This document shows positions 60,170-64,000 of a stretch of DNA of 64,000 nt, piece by piece. Location: assembly GCA_964291405.2 (NCBI GenBank), contig OZ219926.1:1408001-1472000 (forward strand). Reading direction: 5' to 3'. Both the position numbers and the translations under genes were made by a program. Position 1 is the stretch's first letter. Every line of letters begins with the position of its first letter. Source of the DNA: Thermodesulfobacteriota bacterium. Its GTDB lineage: Bacteria; Desulfobacterota; Binatia; Bin18. The notes under the pieces were generated by a model. That model was not told the DNA's origin. It saw only the letters and a program-made list of their open reading frames with translations, and made no database searches.

Positions 60170-61999
60170 CTACTTCACGATCAGCCCCTCGAAATCGCCC
60201 TGCGCGCGCCAGGCGGCGAGCATATCGTAAAAGGGCACTGCGCCGTCGGGATACTGGGTCTCGATGAAGCCATGCCCTTCGTTCTTCCCCTCGCCGTTGT
60301 AATAGCCCGGCGTACAGGTGTTCTGGTACTCGGTCATAAAGGTCGGGCCGGTCACCAGCTTCACCCACTCGTCCTCGTCCTCAAGGGTAGGCTCAATGGA
60401 CTTTGCGTCACGGGCTTCCACTTGACTAATGAGGTGGGCGATGTGCACGGCCTGCCCATTCAGCATATAGGTGAAGTTGGGCGCGAGGCCGGTCTGGGTG
60501 AGCCCCATGTGGAAGCAGTTCGGAAAGCCGTTGCTCAGAAAGCCGTGATAGGTCTTCATGCCGTCCGCCCAGTAATCGCTCAGCGACAGCCCATCGCGGC
60601 CGTACACCTCGAACTCGGCGCGCCGCGTGTACGCCGTCCCGACCTCGAAGCCGGTCGCGTAGATCAGGCAGTCTATTTCGTACTCGACGCCGTCCACGAC
60701 TACCGCGGTCTCGGTGACGCGCTCGACGCCCTTGCCTTTGGTGTCCACCAGCTTCACGTTGGGGCGGTTGAAGGTCGGCAGGTATTCGTCGTTAAAGGTC
60801 GGGCGCTTGCACCACTGGCCGTACCAGGGTTTGAGTGCCTCCGCGGTCTCAGGGTCGGTGACGGTCGAGGACACGCGCGCCCGAATCTCGTTCATCTTCT
60901 GGTAGTCGGCGATCTCCGACATGATCGCCATGCCTTCGTCGGAAAGATTAGAATCTTCCTTACCCGTGAGCAGTTCGGAAAGTTTCTTGAACAGGCTGGT
61001 CCACTTGTCGCCGACGAGGTCTTCCTCAACCGGAATCCCGGCCAGAATAGAGCAGAAGTTGGTGTTGCGGTAGTCCTGCCAGCCGGGCTTCAGCGTCCGT
61101 ACCCATTCCGGGTCGGTCGGCTTGTTGCCGCGTTCGTCCACCGAGGAGGGCGTGCGCTGGAACACGTAGAGCTGCTTGGCATGCTCGCCCAGGTGGGGTA
61201 CGGACTGGATCGCGGTGGCTCCGGTGCCGATGATACCCACACGCTTGTCTTTGAGTTTGTGCATGCCGCCGGTCGTATCTCCACCGGTGTAGTCGTAGTC
61301 CCAGCGGCTGGTGTGGAAGGTATGCCCTTTGAACTTTTCGATACCTGGAATCGCCGGTAGCTTGGGCCGGTTCAGGGGCCCGCTCGACATGATCACAAAG
61401 CGCGCCCGGAAGACATCGTCGCGGTCGGTGGTAATCGTCCAGTGCCCGTCCTCGTCGCTCCAGCGCGCCTCCCTGACCTGGGTCTGGAAGCAGGCCCGCT
61501 CGTAAAGGTTGAAGTGCTTGCCGATCCGCTGGGCGTGCTCAAAGATCTCCGGCGCAAAGGAGTATTTTTCCTTGGGCATATAGCCGGTCTCTTCGAGCAG
61601 GGGCAGATAGACATAGGATTCGATGTCACACTGCGCCCCAGGGTAGCGGTTCCAATACCAGGTCCCGCCGAAGTCTCCGGCCTTCTCGATGATGCGGATA
61701 TTGGTGACCCCTTCCTTCTGCAGTCGCGCTGCCGCAAGCAGGCCACCAAAGCCGCCGCCAATAATCACCGCGTCGAGTTCTTCTTGCAGCGCGGGGCGGG
61801 TGAAGCCCGGCTCCACATAGGGGTCGGTGTTATAGTGTTCGTGCTGGCCGGTGATTTCCTGATACTGATTGTTGCCGTCCGTGCGCAAACGCTTGGTCCG
61901 CTCCTCGGCGTACTTCTGACGCAGGTCAGCCGGGTCAAAGCCCAGTTCTTCGGGAGTTGGAATGCCGGTCGGTTGGGATGTCTCTACCGCCTCATTCAT
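60170..61999 (-). CDS. Type I Baeyer-Villiger monooxygenase
   Basis: Same motifs and same 609-aa length as 25052-26881. Confidence 0.95.
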   Translation of the reverse strand: MNEAVETSQPTGIPTPEELGFDPADLRQKYAEERTKRLRTDGNNQYQEITGQHEHYNTDPYVEPGFTRPALQEELDAVIIGGGFGGLLAAARLQKEGVTNIRIIEKAGDFGGTWYWNRYPGAQCDIESYVYLPLLEETGYMPKEKYSFAPEIFEHAQRIGKHFNLYERACFQTQVREARWSDEDGHWTITTDRDDVFRARFVIMSSGPLNRPKLPAIPGIEKFKGHTFHTSRWDYDYTGGDTTGGMHKLKDKRVGIIGTGATAIQSVPHLGEHAKQLYVFQRTPSSVDERGNKPTDPEWVRTLKPGWQDYRNTNFCSILAGIPVEEDLVGDKWTSLFKKLSELLTGKEDSNLSDEGMAIMSEIADYQKMNEIRARVSSTVTDPETAEALKPWYGQWCKRPTFNDEYLPTFNRPNVKLVDTKGKGVERVTETAVVVDGVEYEIDCLIYATGFEVGTAYTRRAEFEVYGRDGLSLSDYWADGMKTYHGFLSNGFPNCFHMGLTQTGLAPNFTYMLNGQAVHIAHLISQVEARDAKSIEPTLEDEDEWVKLVTGPTFMTEYQNTCTPGYYNGEGKNEGHGFIETQYPDGAVPFYDMLAAWRAQGDFEGLIVK

Positions 62000-62191
62000 C
62001 TGTCAGCCCTCCTTATTGTCTCCTCGTTGGAGCGTTTCAATTTCTTCGTTAGCGCGGAGTTTGGCATATTGATAAAATTTTGACAATACAAACCCCACAA
62101 GCTGTGTTGATTCCCCCTCGCAACTTCGCTACTGGAGTCCTACTCGATAGCGAAGCTTACGAGAATTTTCGCTGAGTAAAGGAGCAACGCT

Positions 62192-62773
62192 ATGTGTGCA
62201 ATGAAACGCCTCACCCGTGAGGAACTCCCGCCCGACTTGACCGCGCTGTACGACGAGTGTATGCGCGAGGCCGGGGACGCGCGGTTTGTCGCGGCTGGCG
62301 CCAACGCACCCGAACTGCTCGATTGGTACTTCAACAGCTTCTACAAGCGGGTGTTCTACGAGGGCCGCGTCGATGTGCGCACCAAGGAGCTGCTCCGCCT
62401 CAAACTCTCCAAGACCCACGGCTGCTTTTTATGAAACAGGGTCAACACCGTCTCGGCGAGACGGGCCGGCCTGACCACGGAACAGATTGATGCGCTTCCG
62501 GACGATATCGACAACGAGGTGTTTTCGCCACGCGACCGGGCGGTACTCAAGCTGTGCGAGCAGATGGTGCTCACCAACCTCCACGGGTATATGACCGAGG
62601 AGCTGCATCACGAACTGGCCGCGCATTTCAGCGATGGAGAGATCTTCGAGCTCGGGGTGACGATGGCCGTGCTGTGCGGGTTTGCGAAGTTCCTCTTTTG
62701 CTTTGATTTGGCGGACCGCGAAACCACATGTCCGATCCACCGCCCCGCCGAAGAAATGCGGAGCAGTCTGTGA
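62192..62773 (+). CDS. CMD/AhpD-family probable selenoprotein (193 aa; Sec at TGA 62432-62434; CFLU motif)
   Basis: AAGGAG RBS; ...RVDVRTKELLRLKLSKTHGCFL-TGA-NRVNTVSARRAGLTTEQIDAL...FSPRDRAVLKLCEQM...LAAHFSDGEIFELG in one frame; SECIS-like hairpin after the TGA. Confidence 0.85.
62435..62476 (+). promoter_or_regulatory. Putative bacterial SECIS element
   Basis: Upper stem CCGTCTC/GAGACGG with loop GGC beginning 20 nt after the TGA; lower stem GGTCA/TGACC. Confidence 0.7.
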
Positions 62774-62835
62774 TCGATAGGGAAGGAGAGTTGTGACAGC
62801 CTCCCATTAGAAGCCCACACGAGCGAGGAGAGGAT

Positions 62836-63246
62836 ATGACAAAACAAGAGGCGATCGACACGGTGAACAAGTTTATGGGCCTCCTCCTGACGGACTTCCC
62901 CGAGTGCACCAAGCTGCTGGCCGACGATTTCGCATGGGAGAACTTTCTGCCGTCCCATATCCCTTTTGGCGGCCGCTACGAGGGTACGGCGGGGTTGCAA
63001 AAATATCTGGCGCAACTGGCAGAGACCTGGGTGATCGGCGAAGTCGTCTTCCACGATTTTATTTTCGACCCGGAGACGCGCAGGATGGCGGCGCCCGGCG
63101 TAGAAAAAAACGGCCAATCGGTCGTAACGGGGCGCGCCTGCGATATGGCGTTCGTTTGGGAATTCCGATTCGCGGAGGATGGCAAGCTCTCCTATCTGCG
63201 AGAATACAACGACACGGCTGCGATTGGTGGAACGTTCGATAGCTAG
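62836..63246 (+). CDS. NTF2/SnoaL-like protein
   Basis: LLADDFAW...IPFGGRYEG...DGKLSYLREYNDTAA; RBS GAGGA. Confidence 0.85.
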   Translation: MTKQEAIDTVNKFMGLLLTDFPECTKLLADDFAWENFLPSHIPFGGRYEGTAGLQKYLAQLAETWVIGEVVFHDFIFDPETRRMAAPGVEKNGQSVVTGRACDMAFVWEFRFAEDGKLSYLREYNDTAAIGGTFDS

Positions 63247-63302
63247 CCGGACGCTTGCATGCGTGCTGGTTACTCAGAGCATTTGTAGCGGGGAATCCCA
63301 GC

Positions 63303-63953
63303 GTGAAATCAGACAGTGGACAATTGCAGACCGAATTGGCCACCCGAGGGCTTGAGCCGGGCGAGGCGGTCGGGGTCCGGCACCTGATTGAGGCCGCTGC
63401 GGATCGCGTCTGGCAGGTGATCTCTCAACCCGGTCAACTTCCCCGCTATCATCCCTTCTGTCAGGCAACCACGGTGCTCAAATGGCCCGGGGTTGGGGCA
63501 AAGGACACGGTCTCGTACTACAGTGGCGTGCATTACGAGCGCGATTTTGTGAGGTGGATCGAGGGGGTGGGATTTGACATTGAAGTCGGACCGCCCTCAC
63601 GCAAGACGGCCCGTGTGGAGTGGCGCATCACGGCGCAGGGTGAGCGGCAGAGCGAGTTGGCCATTACCGTGATTCCCTACCTGAAAGCGGACTTGTCCGC
63701 CCCTCGGAAGCGGGCCTATCAGCAACGGTTGTTTGGCGACACCATCGCCCAGTACCTCGACAGCGTCGTGCGCGGGGTCGGGTATGTGGCCGCCACGGGG
63801 CAGGCCGTGCAAAAAAATCAGTTCGGTTCGCATCCCCTGTACTCGGATAAGCAGCGCCCCCCAGGCGCCGCTTCCCCGCTGCGCTACGGCTCTGTTATAC
63901 TCGGCCAGTCTCAAGAACGACCAGTGTTGATGTACGGAGGACTATATATATGA
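63303..63953 (+). CDS. SRPBCC/polyketide cyclase-like protein (start uncertain)
   Basis: IEAAADRVWQVIS.PG.L...HPFC...GVGAKD START-like N-terminus. Confidence 0.65.
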   Translation: MKSDSGQLQTELATRGLEPGEAVGVRHLIEAAADRVWQVISQPGQLPRYHPFCQATTVLKWPGVGAKDTVSYYSGVHYERDFVRWIEGVGFDIEVGPPSRKTARVEWRITAQGERQSELAITVIPYLKADLSAPRKRAYQQRLFGDTIAQYLDSVVRGVGYVAATGQAVQKNQFGSHPLYSDKQRPPGAASPLRYGSVILGQSQERPVLMYGGLYI

Positions 63954-64000
63954 GTGAGACGCAGGAGAAGCCCCTGATTGGCAGCATGAATGGTCTCTCG
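63950..64000 (+). CDS. Start of a further gene, 3'-truncated by window edge
   Basis: GGAGGA RBS and ATG overlapping the previous stop; MSETQEKPLIGSMNGLS... Confidence 0.5.
   Translation, partial: MSETQEKPLIGSMNGLS

Noticed and set aside
62061-62078. TTGGCA as a sigma54 promoter for the CMD selenoprotein
   Set aside because: No TTGC at the -12 position.
62771-62773. Terminal TGA as a second Sec codon (also other TGA stops in the window)
   Set aside because: No Cys/redox motif context, the domain is already complete, and no convincing hairpin or conserved continuation was seen.

Overview
About 60% GC bacterial chromosomal segment packed with accessory catabolic and detoxification genes. It holds 5 LLM-class flavin oxidoreductases, 2 BVMOs, 2 P450s, an orphan Rieske oxygenase alpha subunit, PhyH and CmcJ/NvfI-type oxygenases, 4 GSTs, amidohydrolases, serine and alpha/beta hydrolases, SDRs, 2 acyl-CoA-dehydrogenase-fold enzymes, TA modules and a sigma54 activator. 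This gene content resembles LLM-rich lineages such as Binatia or Entotheonella (inference only). Main highlights: (1) two AhpD/CMD-fold genes are split in the ORF track by an in-frame TGA that completes a CxxU motif and is followed by a SECIS-like hairpin, so they are probably unannotated selenoproteins (31003-32094 -, 62192-62773 +); (2) a close homologue of dichloromethane dehalogenase DcmA sits head-to-head with one of them, where dcmR would normally be; (3) at three loci, cargo genes are flanked by a displaced duplicate of the neighbouring gene's 3' end; (4) four dif-geometry sites, three of which bound small cassettes; (5) a consensus sigma54 promoter with upstream palindromes drives a small YHS-like protein and a ferritin-like EXXH protein. 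No rRNA, tRNA, CRISPR array or sel machinery genes were seen. All family assignments come from motif recognition and recalled sequences, not database searches.
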